A DNA stretch of 48,667 nucleotides from a virus (IMGVR_UViG_3300010223_000004:1-48667), one strand, 5' to 3'. Counted from the stretch's first letter, positions 1-7,950 are shown. The notes: generated from the sequence alone by a model not told the origin. Program-made: numbers and translations.

Positions 1-55
1 GGTATTCTTCACCATGCCCACCGAGATGATGTAGGCGCGGGTCTTGGCCTCGGTC
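1..55. repeat. Terminal overlap identical to 48613-48667 (circular contig)
   Basis: ggtattcttc...ggcctcggtc (55 nt) is identical at both ends and a reading frame runs continuously across the join. Confidence 0.97.
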
Positions 56-693
56 TTCCAGTTGGCCTGAAAACCCTTCTTCAACCGAGCGGATTCACCG
101 TCGATCACATGCAATCCCGCATAGGCCCACAACTGAGCCACGGTGCGCGGCTGACCTGTAGCCAGGTTGATGTACGGGTCTTTGATCGCGCCTAGGAGGC
201 GAGCGACCGTCTTCGGGCCGAGACCCGGTGTGGCTTCAACATAGGGCCATAGCGATGAGTACCTTTTAAATGCATTCTCAAGGTTCTTGGTGGCCTGATC
301 GTTTACTTTCTCCATCATTTCGTGCAAGGCTCGGAGAGTTTCGACCTCGGGGTGATCTGGATCAAACCCAAAACCACGGCAAACGCCGTCCTCATCAGCC
401 TTATCCAGAGGTGTAGTGAGGATACGAAGGCGGTTGCGGAGACTGTTTTTCTGTAGCTCCACATCATGTACGGCAGACGCGAAAGTATACAAAATTGGCG
501 GGAATACTTCCCTACCGTCAGCGACGTGTACATGGTTATCGTTCGCAGCATGGCTGACGGTAGGGAAGTTATCGGGGAGGTCGCGGGAACGTTGGATAAC
601 GTCCGTGCATTGGACTTCCCCGGCTTGGCCCGGCTCGCGCACCTTCTGGGTGTCGGGGTCATGTGGGAGCCGGAAATCTACAATGGCAGTCAT
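1..693 (-). CDS. IS110/Nop-domain RNA-binding protein, TasA-like (5' part; continues across the junction to 48385; 306 aa total)
   Basis: Manual translation from ATG 693 (ATGA overlap with the stop of 690..1196): ...HDVELQKNSLRNRLRI...DQATKNLENAFKRYSSLWPYVEATPGLGPKTVARLLGAIKDP...RTVAQLWAYAGLHVIDGESARLKKGFQANWKTEAKTRAYII. Coiled coil plus Transposase_20/Nop-like motifs; no DEDD RuvC or HNH motif and no SG serine motif after the GL. Confidence 0.85.
   Translation of the reverse strand, partial: MTAIVDFRLPHDPDTQKVREPGQAGEVQCTDVIQRSRDLPDNFPTVSHAANDNHVHVADGREVFPPILYTFASAVHDVELQKNSLRNRLRILTTPLDKADEDGVCRGFGFDPDHPEVETLRALHEMMEKVNDQATKNLENAFKRYSSLWPYVEATPGLGPKTVARLLGAIKDPYINLATGQPRTVAQLWAYAGLHVIDGESARLKKGFQANWKTEAKTRAYIISVGMVKNT
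506..569 (-). ncRNA. TIGR-like guide unit inside the Tas-like CDS
   Basis: Perfect 17-bp stem acttccctaccgtcagc/gctgacggtagggaagt enclosing 30 nt: CA-tgctgcgaa-CGATAACCA-tgtacacgt-C. Confidence 0.8.
630..673 (-). ncRNA. TIGR-like guide unit inside the Tas-like CDS
   Basis: 7-bp stem ccggctc/gagccgg enclosing 30 nt: CC-acatgaccc-CGACACCCA-gaaggtgcg-C. Confidence 0.7.
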
Positions 694-1196
694 TTGTTCA
701 ATCCTTCTTCGTAAATAGCGGTCAAGTCTTCAGGGCTAAGATCCTCTACGCGATCTACAGCCCGCTTCTGCATGAGCAGGGCGATTGCCTCGTAGGTCTC
801 AGCGCGGGAACGGTTCTGCGCGGCGATCTGATGTCGGTAGGTCGCCATCTCCTGCACCTGCTCGACTGTCGCCGTAGCCAGCCTGATCCACTGTCCGCTA
901 GAGGGCAGGTACTCCCGCTGCTGAAGAATCTTCTTCCACGCCATCCCCGAGTGCTGGGCGATAGAGAACGACTGACCTGCCCTAGTCGTCTGCGGCAATC
1001 CCTCGGTCATAGACTCTGAGCGACCTGCCCTGATCACTTCCCGCATGTAGGTCTTGGCCGCGTGGAACAGGAAGTCGGATTTTAATCTCGTCGTGACTTC
1101 GTTGTCCAGCTCGTTGAGGAATTCTTTGGCAAGGTCAGATGGATCTGTACTGGTTGAATCTTCGACTACTCGTTTTGCGATTTGATGAAATGACAT
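690..1196 (-). CDS. Hypothetical 168-aa protein translationally coupled to the Tas-like gene
   Basis: ORF with aaagga RBS; its TGA overlaps the Tas-like ATG. Confidence 0.8.
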   Translation of the reverse strand: MSFHQIAKRVVEDSTSTDPSDLAKEFLNELDNEVTTRLKSDFLFHAAKTYMREVIRAGRSESMTEGLPQTTRAGQSFSIAQHSGMAWKKILQQREYLPSSGQWIRLATATVEQVQEMATYRHQIAAQNRSRAETYEAIALLMQKRAVDRVEDLSPEDLTAIYEEGLNK

Positions 1197-1216
1197 TTGG
1201 GTATCCTTTAGGTTGT

Positions 1217-1375
1217 AAGTCGGGCGAGGGGTTAGAGGGTATCGCTGTCGTAATGGCCCGACTTGCTCTGCTCCCCCGGCGAATTTTGGATGGGTAATGA
1301 GATCTCGCTGGCCGGGGGAAGTTTTGGGGGAGGGGCGTGGCCTACTGGGGCATCGAGCTTCACCGGGCCCCTCCC
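1217..1375 (-). ncRNA. Array of three TIGR-like stem-loop guide units (1328-1375, 1272-1319, 1217-1264)
   Basis: Three 9-bp stems each enclosing exactly 30 nt: CC-ggtgaagct-CGATGCCCC-agtaggcca-C; CA-gcgagatct-CATTACCCA-tccaaaatt-C; CA-ttacgacag-CGATACCCT-ctaacccct-C. Confidence 0.8.
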
Positions 1376-1379
1376 TGGT

Positions 1380-1511
1380 CTAGTTGAGCAAGGCCTCTTC
1401 CTCCTGCTCGTGGATTACGTCTAGAACGTCTTGGATGGAGTACGAACCGAACCGGCAACCGATCTCAAGCTCGTCCATCTGCTCACTGTCTTCTACGTCC
1501 AAGATGTTCAT
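1380..1511 (-). CDS. Small acidic 43-aa protein, probably leaderless
   Basis: MNILDVEDSEQMDELEIGCRFGSYSIQDVLDVIHEQEEEALLN; ATG lies 6 nt after a -10 box. Confidence 0.65.
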   Translation of the reverse strand: MNILDVEDSEQMDELEIGCRFGSYSIQDVLDVIHEQEEEALLN

Positions 1512-1545
1512 ACGTATAGTGTAACACATTTGAGACTCGTGTCAA
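1509..1545 (-). promoter_or_regulatory. Sigma70/SigA-type promoter for the guide-array/Tas-like operon
   Basis: TTGACA-16 nt-TACACT with extended TG, followed by atacgtATG; the motif recurs across the genome. Confidence 0.75.
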
Positions 1546-3116
1546 ACGTCCTGTACATGTTTGAGTAGGGCGGCTTCGAGGTCGGTGCGATCCTGCTGTA
1601 CCTGGTGGATCACGGTATCCACGGTTTTCGGAGCTAGCGCGTAGTAGTAGGTGACGTGACGATTCTGGCCGATACGGTGCAGACGGTCCCTGGCTTGTAT
1701 CTGCGTATCCCGCTGCAGCGAGAGGCTGGCGAAGATCGCATGAGACGCCGTAACCAGCTCGTTGACGGCCATGCTCATCGTGGCGGTCTGAGCGACCATC
1801 ACCATCCGTTCGGTAGACGACGATCCGAACCGCTGGCGCATCCTAGTCCGCTCCTGCGGAGACGTGTCGCCCGTGATCGTCATGACCTGGGTACCTGTTC
1901 TCGCTAGGGCTTGACTGAGCTTATCGATCTCCGGGCGGAAGTGGGAGAACACGACGACTCGTTTCTCCCCGGCCAAAGTGTCGTTGACAAGAGAGTCGAT
2001 GACCCGGACCTTCGAGTCCCCTAGAGGAGTGAGGTTACCGGTATCGTCGGGAAGGAACCCAGCCGTGATCTGCCTGAGCCGCATCATCTGAGTCAGGCGG
2101 TTCGGGGCGCTAGCAAGCTTCCCGTCAGCGAGCATCGTAGCGAGCTGTTTCTTCATGTCGTCGTAAGACCGCTGCTCGCGTGTAGACAGGTGTACGGGGA
2201 CTTCTATGTCCTGGTAGGCCGGAAGGTCTAGAGCATCTTCCTTCCGCACCACGAGTGCTCTGTGACTCATGATCTCGCGCATTTCGTCTAGGCGGCGGAA
2301 CCCCAATACTTCCTTACCGTAGAACCCCCCGAGAATGGCATACCTGGATTTGAACGCAGTAAAGCTCATGGGCTGCTTGCCGTGAGATGTCATCACGAAA
2401 AACGACATCGGGTCCAAGATGCGCCACTGACTCCATACATCTAAAGGTGAGTGGGGCATTATTGTCCCGGTAAGCAATATACGGCGCGGGGCTATATCTA
2501 CAAGCCTGGCAGCCGTCCTGCTGGTGTTCGATGTGGGACCTTTGAGCAGGTGGGACTCATCGAACACGATCAAGTCAGGATCATACCGACGCACGGCGTC
2601 TACGATCAGGTCAGATGCATTCTTCGTCTTCGTGATAGCCGAGCGGCTGCGCAACGAGTCATAGTTCATCTGCAGCCAAGTGACCTTAGCGTCCCCGCCT
2701 CGATCCTCAGCGACATGAGACGTGCACCATTTAGACCCATGCCAATAGGTGCCGTGGCCTTTGACTGACCCGCTCTGCGGTTTCTTGTACGGTTTACGAC
2801 CCCGAGCAGCTAACACGTCCGCCTTGCGCTTGATCGACCCCCCGAGAGCCTCGGACTGATAGGAAACCCCTCCGGGAGTCCATCGCTCAATCTGGCTAGT
2901 CCACGAATCGAGAGCCGACAACGGGGCGAGGACGAGTACCTTGACCTCCCGCTGCAGTTTCATAGCTAGAAGTGCGGCATAAGTGATGACGACTGCACTC
3001 TTACCGGTACCAGGGTCGAACAGCAGGGCAGCGACCCCACGCTTGGCGACGAGATGCTTGACCCCGGATATTTGGTGACGATAGAGGCCAAGTTCCGCGA
3101 GGTTGATCGCTGCCAT
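1542..3116 (-). CDS. SNF2-family (SF2) DNA helicase
   Basis: Walker A DPGTGKS, DESH box, LLTGT motif III, C-terminal QARDRLHRIGQ. Confidence 0.92.
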   Translation of the reverse strand: MAAINLAELGLYRHQISGVKHLVAKRGVAALLFDPGTGKSAVVITYAALLAMKLQREVKVLVLAPLSALDSWTSQIERWTPGGVSYQSEALGGSIKRKADVLAARGRKPYKKPQSGSVKGHGTYWHGSKWCTSHVAEDRGGDAKVTWLQMNYDSLRSRSAITKTKNASDLIVDAVRRYDPDLIVFDESHLLKGPTSNTSRTAARLVDIAPRRILLTGTIMPHSPLDVWSQWRILDPMSFFVMTSHGKQPMSFTAFKSRYAILGGFYGKEVLGFRRLDEMREIMSHRALVVRKEDALDLPAYQDIEVPVHLSTREQRSYDDMKKQLATMLADGKLASAPNRLTQMMRLRQITAGFLPDDTGNLTPLGDSKVRVIDSLVNDTLAGEKRVVVFSHFRPEIDKLSQALARTGTQVMTITGDTSPQERTRMRQRFGSSSTERMVMVAQTATMSMAVNELVTASHAIFASLSLQRDTQIQARDRLHRIGQNRHVTYYYALAPKTVDTVIHQVQQDRTDLEAALLKHVQDV

Positions 3117-3135
3117 GTCGTCCTTTCCAAAGAGG

Positions 3136-3242
3136 TTCCCGAAGCGGAAGATATGTGGTTAATCGCGGTATCTTTGGCTTCGGGAAGTTAGATCCGGGAG
3201 GAGGGAGCATTTTGGATATCGCCCACGGCTAGACCTCCCGGA
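3136..3242 (-). ncRNA. Two TIGR-like guide units (3193-3242, 3136-3186) upstream of the helicase
   Basis: Stems tccgggagg/cctcccgga and ttcccgaagc/gcttcgggaa enclosing CT-agccgtggg-CGATATCCA-aaatgctcc-C and CA-aagataccg-CGATTAACCA-catatcttc-C. Confidence 0.78.
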
Positions 3243-3250
3243 AGATTGTG

Positions 3251-3520
3251 TTAAGTCATTGGGTGGAACACCTGAGCTGGGGAAACCTCCGACAGCTCGA
3301 TGTTGATACCGCTTACCCGCCCAGAGAAATCCACGCCTGAGAGGCTGTCAGCCGTTGACAGGCCTAGGGCGTCGGCAGCTCCCCGCTTATTGCCTCTAAC
3401 GAGGACTGAGAGCGTCCTGGTGCGGTAGTTCATCGTCCACTCCTCGACCTGCGAGAACGTGGCGATCTTGTGAACGATCTGGCTCTGCAGGTTGAGGACC
3501 GAGGAAATCTCTCCGAACAT
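3251..3520 (-). CDS. Hypothetical protein
   Basis: ORF 3251..3577; probable start MFGEIS at 3520, directly after the upstream stop. Confidence 0.6.
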   Translation of the reverse strand: MFGEISSVLNLQSQIVHKIATFSQVEEWTMNYRTRTLSVLVRGNKRGAADALGLSTADSLSGVDFSGRVSGINIELSEVSPAQVFHPMT

Positions 3521-3521
3521 C

Positions 3522-3710
3522 TCAGAACCCCTCTGCCGTCTGCCGAGCACACATCCGGCACTCTCGAACGTGGTCATCGTGGCAGTTATCGCAGAGCCAG
3601 CCGACGTGATCGTTCTCGTTCCCGCTGTCGATCTCGTGACCTTCCTCGAAGCAGAGGGTCAGATCGCACAGCTCGCAGAACATGATGTCTTCGCACTGCT
3701 GATGGTTCAT
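3522..3710 (-). CDS. Small Cys-rich (CxxC) putative zinc-binding protein
   Basis: CELC, CDNC and CRMC motifs; gaaggac RBS before ATG 3710; promoter motif at 3735-3754. Confidence 0.65.
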   Translation of the reverse strand: MNHQQCEDIMFCELCDLTLCFEEGHEIDSGNENDHVGWLCDNCHDDHVRECRMCARQTAEGF

Positions 3711-3758
3711 GGTCTGGGTGTCCTTCGTGGTGATCATACGTATAGTGTAACACACTGG

Positions 3759-4268
3759 TCAGGCTTCGTCTAGCTTGATGAACCAGACAAAGGTCCCCGG
3801 ACCTTTGCGAACGATATTGATCTGCCCTGCCTCTTCTTTAGCTGTGAGGACGGCAGACCAAGTGCGGTATTTGATGTTCCGAGGCTTGTTGGCCTTGTAG
3901 ACCTGCATAGATACCGCATGATTCAAGACATAATCTATAGAACTATCAATTTTGCTGGGATCTAGATTGGTCCTGTCTACCCAAGCGAAGTGCCCGGGGC
4001 GAACGCAGGGATGACCTGTAGGACATACGTCAGGGTCATACCGCATTACGAAGTTGTCTCCCGGCTTAGGGCCGACTGTAGCCTCTAGCACCAGGTGTCC
4101 AGGCCAACGACCCTCCCCGTGCTCATCCCGTACCGGGTATTGCGTGCCCTTCTTAGATACGCCCCCAGGCCAGATAAAGCACTCATCCCGATAGCCGTTC
4201 TCAATGACTTCATGGAGCAGGGGACGCCACTCTTCGGGGCGATGGTTGAAGTAGGTGCTGTCGGTCAT
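3759..4268 (-). CDS. HNH/His-Me-finger endonuclease-like protein, possibly catalytically degenerate
   Basis: CFIWPG...YP...HLVLEATVGPKPG...VMRYDPDVC...CVRPGH pattern; Tyr where the catalytic His is expected; leaderless ATG after a promoter. Confidence 0.6.
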   Translation of the reverse strand: MTDSTYFNHRPEEWRPLLHEVIENGYRDECFIWPGGVSKKGTQYPVRDEHGEGRWPGHLVLEATVGPKPGDNFVMRYDPDVCPTGHPCVRPGHFAWVDRTNLDPSKIDSSIDYVLNHAVSMQVYKANKPRNIKYRTWSAVLTAKEEAGQINIVRKGPGTFVWFIKLDEA

Positions 4269-4274
4269 ATTGGG

Positions 4275-4303
4275 ATCATACGTATACAGGGCTAACCCGT
4301 CAA
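4275..4303 (-). promoter_or_regulatory. SigA-type promoter with leaderless start
   Basis: TTGACG-17 nt-TATGAT, ATG 6 nt downstream. Confidence 0.7.
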
Positions 4304-4329
4304 CTACCTTGCTAGATTTGGATGGGTAT

Positions 4330-4536
4330 GATACGCTTACCCTAGCGTTCGGGGGACACCTCCCCACAAACGCTGCGAAGGGTAAGCGTTATACATAACC
4401 CTGATCCTTGAATCCTAGAAAAAGCCTGGAATTGCAGGCAAAAACAAACCCTACCACCCTAAACAGGTGAAGCTGGTAAGGATGGTAGGGTTTGGTATTT
4501 TTACTGAAATAGCAGGCTTTTTAGGTGGTAGGGTTA
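4330..4536. repeat. Long imperfect inverted repeats, candidate replication origin
   Basis: acgcttaccct/agggtaagcgt hairpin and roughly 45-bp arms aaaaagcctg...aaaccctacca / tggtagggttt...caggcttttt; AT-rich; directly downstream of the helicase. Confidence 0.5.
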
Positions 4537-5732
4537 GTCTTCCAACGTCTCGAAGGACCCTCCCCCTCGGCCAACAACGCACCCTCGGCGACCATCTCGC
4601 GTAGCAGTTTCCCCGCCCGCACAGCCGCCTTGTCCGGCCAATCGAGACTCTCCATGATCTCCCTGCGGTTAGCAGGCCCTCCCTCGCTCAACAGGATGAA
4701 GATCTGCTCCTTCTCTCGATCACGACGTTCCTGAGCCTCGCTGATCTCTTGCTTGGAGAAATCGATGTCTATCGTCCCGTCTTCGTTCTCGACGCCAGCA
4801 GGAGTGGGGGAGTGCCACGAGACTAGTCCGGTGTCCGGGCACTGGTACAGTTCTCCGGCAGGCAGTTCCTCATTGCCGATGTCCGTCCTGAACTTCAAGG
4901 ACTTGAGCTTTCGAACGCCCGACTGGTCGTTCTTCTCGATAGCGAAAATCGCGCCCACGGACTCTCCGATAGCCGTAGACCCTCGCGCGCCTTTGGACTG
5001 CTCATGCCCCGCATGGGCGATCATGAGGTACTCGCACAAGCCGCCGCACGCTTGCCTGACGAACTGTTCGAAGGTGCGGTAGAACTGCTTGACCTCTGCA
5101 GCATCGTTCTGCGAGACGCCCCAATAGGCCGCTCCAAACGCATCGCACACGATGAACCGGCACCCCATGCTCGCCAAGTCCTGAGCCAGCTCAGAGCGGG
5201 TCTCATCGTCCATGAGGGGGTTACCTCGCCCGTGCTGGTCCACAATCAGCACGCGGTCCAAATCAATACCAGATACCTGCATCCATCTAAGCAGTTGGTG
5301 GGAGGACATGTCATAGGACAGCCACGCTACTCGTTCACCGTCCTCCAGGGGTACGGTCTCCTGCTTACCTAGGAACGGCTCTCCGGTCAGCAGGGAGCGG
5401 GTAAGGGAGACTGCCAGGGCCGTCTTCCCTGCCCCCGCTTTAGCCGTGAGCAGGGTGCCCTGGCTGTGCTTGAGGAAACCGCTCACACGGTCTGGCTGCT
5501 CTGGTGGCAGGGTTTCCAGGATGGTCTGAGCTGTCATAGGGACGGCTCTCTCCGGGGGGTCGATCTTCTTCCTGAACTCCTGCTCGGCCAGATATCGGAT
5601 GTACATCCGATTTACAGAGTGCTCGACCTCGGCGTCGATCTGCGCCTGCTCTGCAGCGCGTTGACGGGCTTCCGCTGACCGTGCTTCCCGCTGAACCTCG
5701 GGGTCGTTCTCCCACCAGTAACGATCATTCAT
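4521..5732 (-). CDS. AAA/RecA-like replicative helicase (AAA_25-like) with C-terminal winged helix
   Basis: Walker A AKAGAGKT, Walker B FIVCD, H...RGST motif; ATGA coupling to the Prim-Pol gene. Confidence 0.85.
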   Translation of the reverse strand: MNDRYWWENDPEVQREARSAEARQRAAEQAQIDAEVEHSVNRMYIRYLAEQEFRKKIDPPERAVPMTAQTILETLPPEQPDRVSGFLKHSQGTLLTAKAGAGKTALAVSLTRSLLTGEPFLGKQETVPLEDGERVAWLSYDMSSHQLLRWMQVSGIDLDRVLIVDQHGRGNPLMDDETRSELAQDLASMGCRFIVCDAFGAAYWGVSQNDAAEVKQFYRTFEQFVRQACGGLCEYLMIAHAGHEQSKGARGSTAIGESVGAIFAIEKNDQSGVRKLKSLKFRTDIGNEELPAGELYQCPDTGLVSWHSPTPAGVENEDGTIDIDFSKQEISEAQERRDREKEQIFILLSEGGPANRREIMESLDWPDKAAVRAGKLLREMVAEGALLAEGEGPSRRWKTNPTT

Positions 5733-6514
5733 GATGTGCTGCCGCCTTTCTTGCCGCCCGAGCGGAACGCTGAGCGAATAGTTGATTTGATCTCGGAGCC
5801 GGTGAGACCGGCAGTGAACGCTGCGTCGGCCAGCTTGCGGGGATCGTGTCCGCCTTCGATAGCCCTGCAGCACGCCCAGAACAGTCCTGCGTTACGTTCT
5901 CCGGGCTTGAGTTGGGAAACCCACCCCTGCAAAGCCTCTAGCGAGTGCTCACCGGCTGAGGGAGGACTGTCGTACGACTTGGGAATGGATTCCTTACTGG
6001 TGAGCAGTGGTTCTATCTGCTTCCACGGTAGAGGAAACCCAGGCTCATCGGATTCGTACATATACCTATACTGCTCCCCGTTTATTTTTGAAGGGGGAAT
6101 GATTACGTAACCGCCCGCTCCGCGAACATCCACCCCTGCCGAGGGAATCTGTTTATTGGGTATAGGGTTATTTGTATCGACTGGATAATAGAGGTGTATT
6201 CCTTTTGAAGGAGTCTTTACTGACTTTTCATAACCCTCCAAAAGTCCAAATCCTTTAAGAAGGTTTAGAGCCGCAACTCCGTTCGTTTCTTTGAGGTCGA
6301 TATCCAGCACGTCATATTTGATTCCAGTTGGATATCCGATGGCTGCCTCAGGGTTTTCTGACCACCACATATTGATGGTGTTTTCATCGGTAGAAGCGTC
6401 TTGAAAACCGTGGTCGGTCAACGGTTTCTTTGCATTCTCTCCACGCCACTCGCATGGAAATACTGGATGACCTTGAGAGGCCATTTCCAACGCTTTATCG
6501 AGACATTCAGACAT
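5729..6514 (-). CDS. Bifunctional DNA primase/polymerase (Prim-Pol)
   Basis: VFPC, KKPLTDHGFQDAS, DVLDID, TPSKGIHLYY, DVRGAGGYVIIPPS, GERNAGLF. Confidence 0.93.
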   Translation of the reverse strand: MSECLDKALEMASQGHPVFPCEWRGENAKKPLTDHGFQDASTDENTINMWWSENPEAAIGYPTGIKYDVLDIDLKETNGVAALNLLKGFGLLEGYEKSVKTPSKGIHLYYPVDTNNPIPNKQIPSAGVDVRGAGGYVIIPPSKINGEQYRYMYESDEPGFPLPWKQIEPLLTSKESIPKSYDSPPSAGEHSLEALQGWVSQLKPGERNAGLFWACCRAIEGGHDPRKLADAAFTAGLTGSEIKSTIRSAFRSGGKKGGSTS

Positions 6515-6597
6515 GCAATTCCTTCTATTGTCAGGACATTGCATGGAGTCCTCTGAGAGATTATACTTTCAGATAGACGCCAGCAACCGTCTTCGTG

Positions 6598-6638
6598 GCC
6601 CCGGCTCCCTCGCTACAGGGAGCCGGGGTTCTTCTTTG
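6598..6638. terminator. Terminator-like hairpin in the divergent intergenic region
   Basis: ccccggctccct-cgctac-agggagccgggg followed by ttcttcttt. Confidence 0.5.
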
Positions 6639-6825
6639 CGTAGGCCAACCCTAGACCACCTCCCCGGAGATGGCTAGAAACCTAACCTTACCCCCTCTAC
6701 ACCCCCCGCACCCCCAAGGGGGGTGCGGGGGGTAGGGTTGATACGGTTAACCTTTAGATGGTGTTGGCTGTGCCTCGGAGGGTGTGCTAGGTTGGGTCTA
6801 CCGACAGCACGAAGGACACCGCCCG

Positions 6826-7950
6826 ATGACTACTCCGATCAGCTATTCCTCCCTCACCGCCCACCGCAGATGCCCTACGGCTTGGAGATACCGCTACGTT
6901 GAGCGGCTCCGAAAAGCATCTGACAATATCCCGGCGGATTTCGGTTCTTGGTGGCATGCGCTGATGGCTGCTGAGAATATCCATAAGGCAGTTGAATCGG
7001 GTAATCTCATCCACTGCCCAACCCATATTCGAGTTAACAATATCAATATCTTTACCGAGGAAATTACTGTTTCAGAAGTTCTGCGAAATGCAGAATTCTT
7101 TTGGAAACTTCTGAATGAAGATCAAAAAGAATCTTGGCTTAATGTTCTCGGGGCACCTCTTGAAGACAGACTGGATGACCTTCATAGTCGTTACACCCGG
7201 CAATGGGGCGATGAGGATAAGGATCACGACCCGCTGGCTGTGGAGTTGAGTTTCAAGGTCAAGCTGCCGGGTACCGATACCGTGCTCAAAGGTCAGATTG
7301 ATTATCTTTATCGAGATAATTCAAAGGGCGGTATTCTCGTAGCGCGGGATATCAAAACCTCGAAAACCTTGTCTTCATCGGAATCCATGTCCGATGTGCT
7401 CGATAGCCAGCTTCACCTTTATGCGTTCGGGTTGAAGCCCTTCCTGAAGAGAAACGACCTGCCGGACATCACTGCCGTGGAATACGACCGTGTACGGTCG
7501 GCTATGCCCAAGCAGCCGGTCATCACGACTACCGGCTCACTGTCGAAGTCGGTGACGGGGTATGACCTCTGGACTTACCTCGACTGGTCTGCTGACCTTA
7601 TAGAGTGGGGAACTCCTGAAACCTTCACGGCGGCAGGCAAGCCTAAATTCGGCGTATATGAACGCGATGCGAAGGTCGTGGACAAGCTGTCATCCCCTGA
7701 AGAGCTGGGACAGTGGTTCCGCCGCACTCTCATCCCGATCAACCGGAATGTGATCCGTCAGCACGTCAAGTCCGCTGTACTGACTGCCCAGGACATCGAG
7801 CGGACCTTGGAGACTGAACCCGAGGCACTGGCCAGGAACTTCACTAAGGACTGTCAGTGGTGCGACTACGCCAAGCTTTGCCGTGCTGAGGTTATGAGTG
7901 GGATCGGGCAGTTCGAGTCACTTGAGGACCTCGACTTGCTTCGATCCTGA
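6826..7950 (+). CDS. Cas4-like PD-(D/E)XK exonuclease
   Basis: SYSSL...CP at N-terminus, E...GQID...DIKT nuclease core, C-terminal CQWCDYAKLC. Confidence 0.88.
   Translation: MTTPISYSSLTAHRRCPTAWRYRYVERLRKASDNIPADFGSWWHALMAAENIHKAVESGNLIHCPTHIRVNNINIFTEEITVSEVLRNAEFFWKLLNEDQKESWLNVLGAPLEDRLDDLHSRYTRQWGDEDKDHDPLAVELSFKVKLPGTDTVLKGQIDYLYRDNSKGGILVARDIKTSKTLSSSESMSDVLDSQLHLYAFGLKPFLKRNDLPDITAVEYDRVRSAMPKQPVITTTGSLSKSVTGYDLWTYLDWSADLIEWGTPETFTAAGKPKFGVYERDAKVVDKLSSPEELGQWFRRTLIPINRNVIRQHVKSAVLTAQDIERTLETEPEALARNFTKDCQWCDYAKLCRAEVMSGIGQFESLEDLDLLRS

Noticed and set aside
1-55. 55-bp direct terminal repeat as a biological genome end
   Set aside because: It falls in the middle of a gene and its length is a common assembler k-mer size, so it is a circularisation overlap.
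1-693. IS110 insertion sequence / bridge recombinase
   Set aside because: No N-terminal DEDD RuvC domain and no SG catalytic-serine motif; the gene is coupled into a phage operon; the associated RNAs are many single-loop 9+9 units rather than one two-loop bridge RNA.
945-995. Degenerate guide unit inside the 168-aa gene (CA-gtcgttctc-TATCGCCCA-gcactcggg, CA at 18-nt spacing)
   Set aside because: No flanking stem and a poor loop match; could be a decayed unit but is not supportable.
1217-1375. CRISPR array or tandem terminators
   Set aside because: No identical direct repeats or cas1/cas2; 30-nt loops with conserved internal boxes and no consistent U-tracts do not fit terminators.
6826-7950. 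Cas4 as part of a CRISPR system or a spacer-acquisition module
   Set aside because: It sits in the ordinary exonuclease-Sak4-SSB recombination cassette; nothing links it to the guide units.
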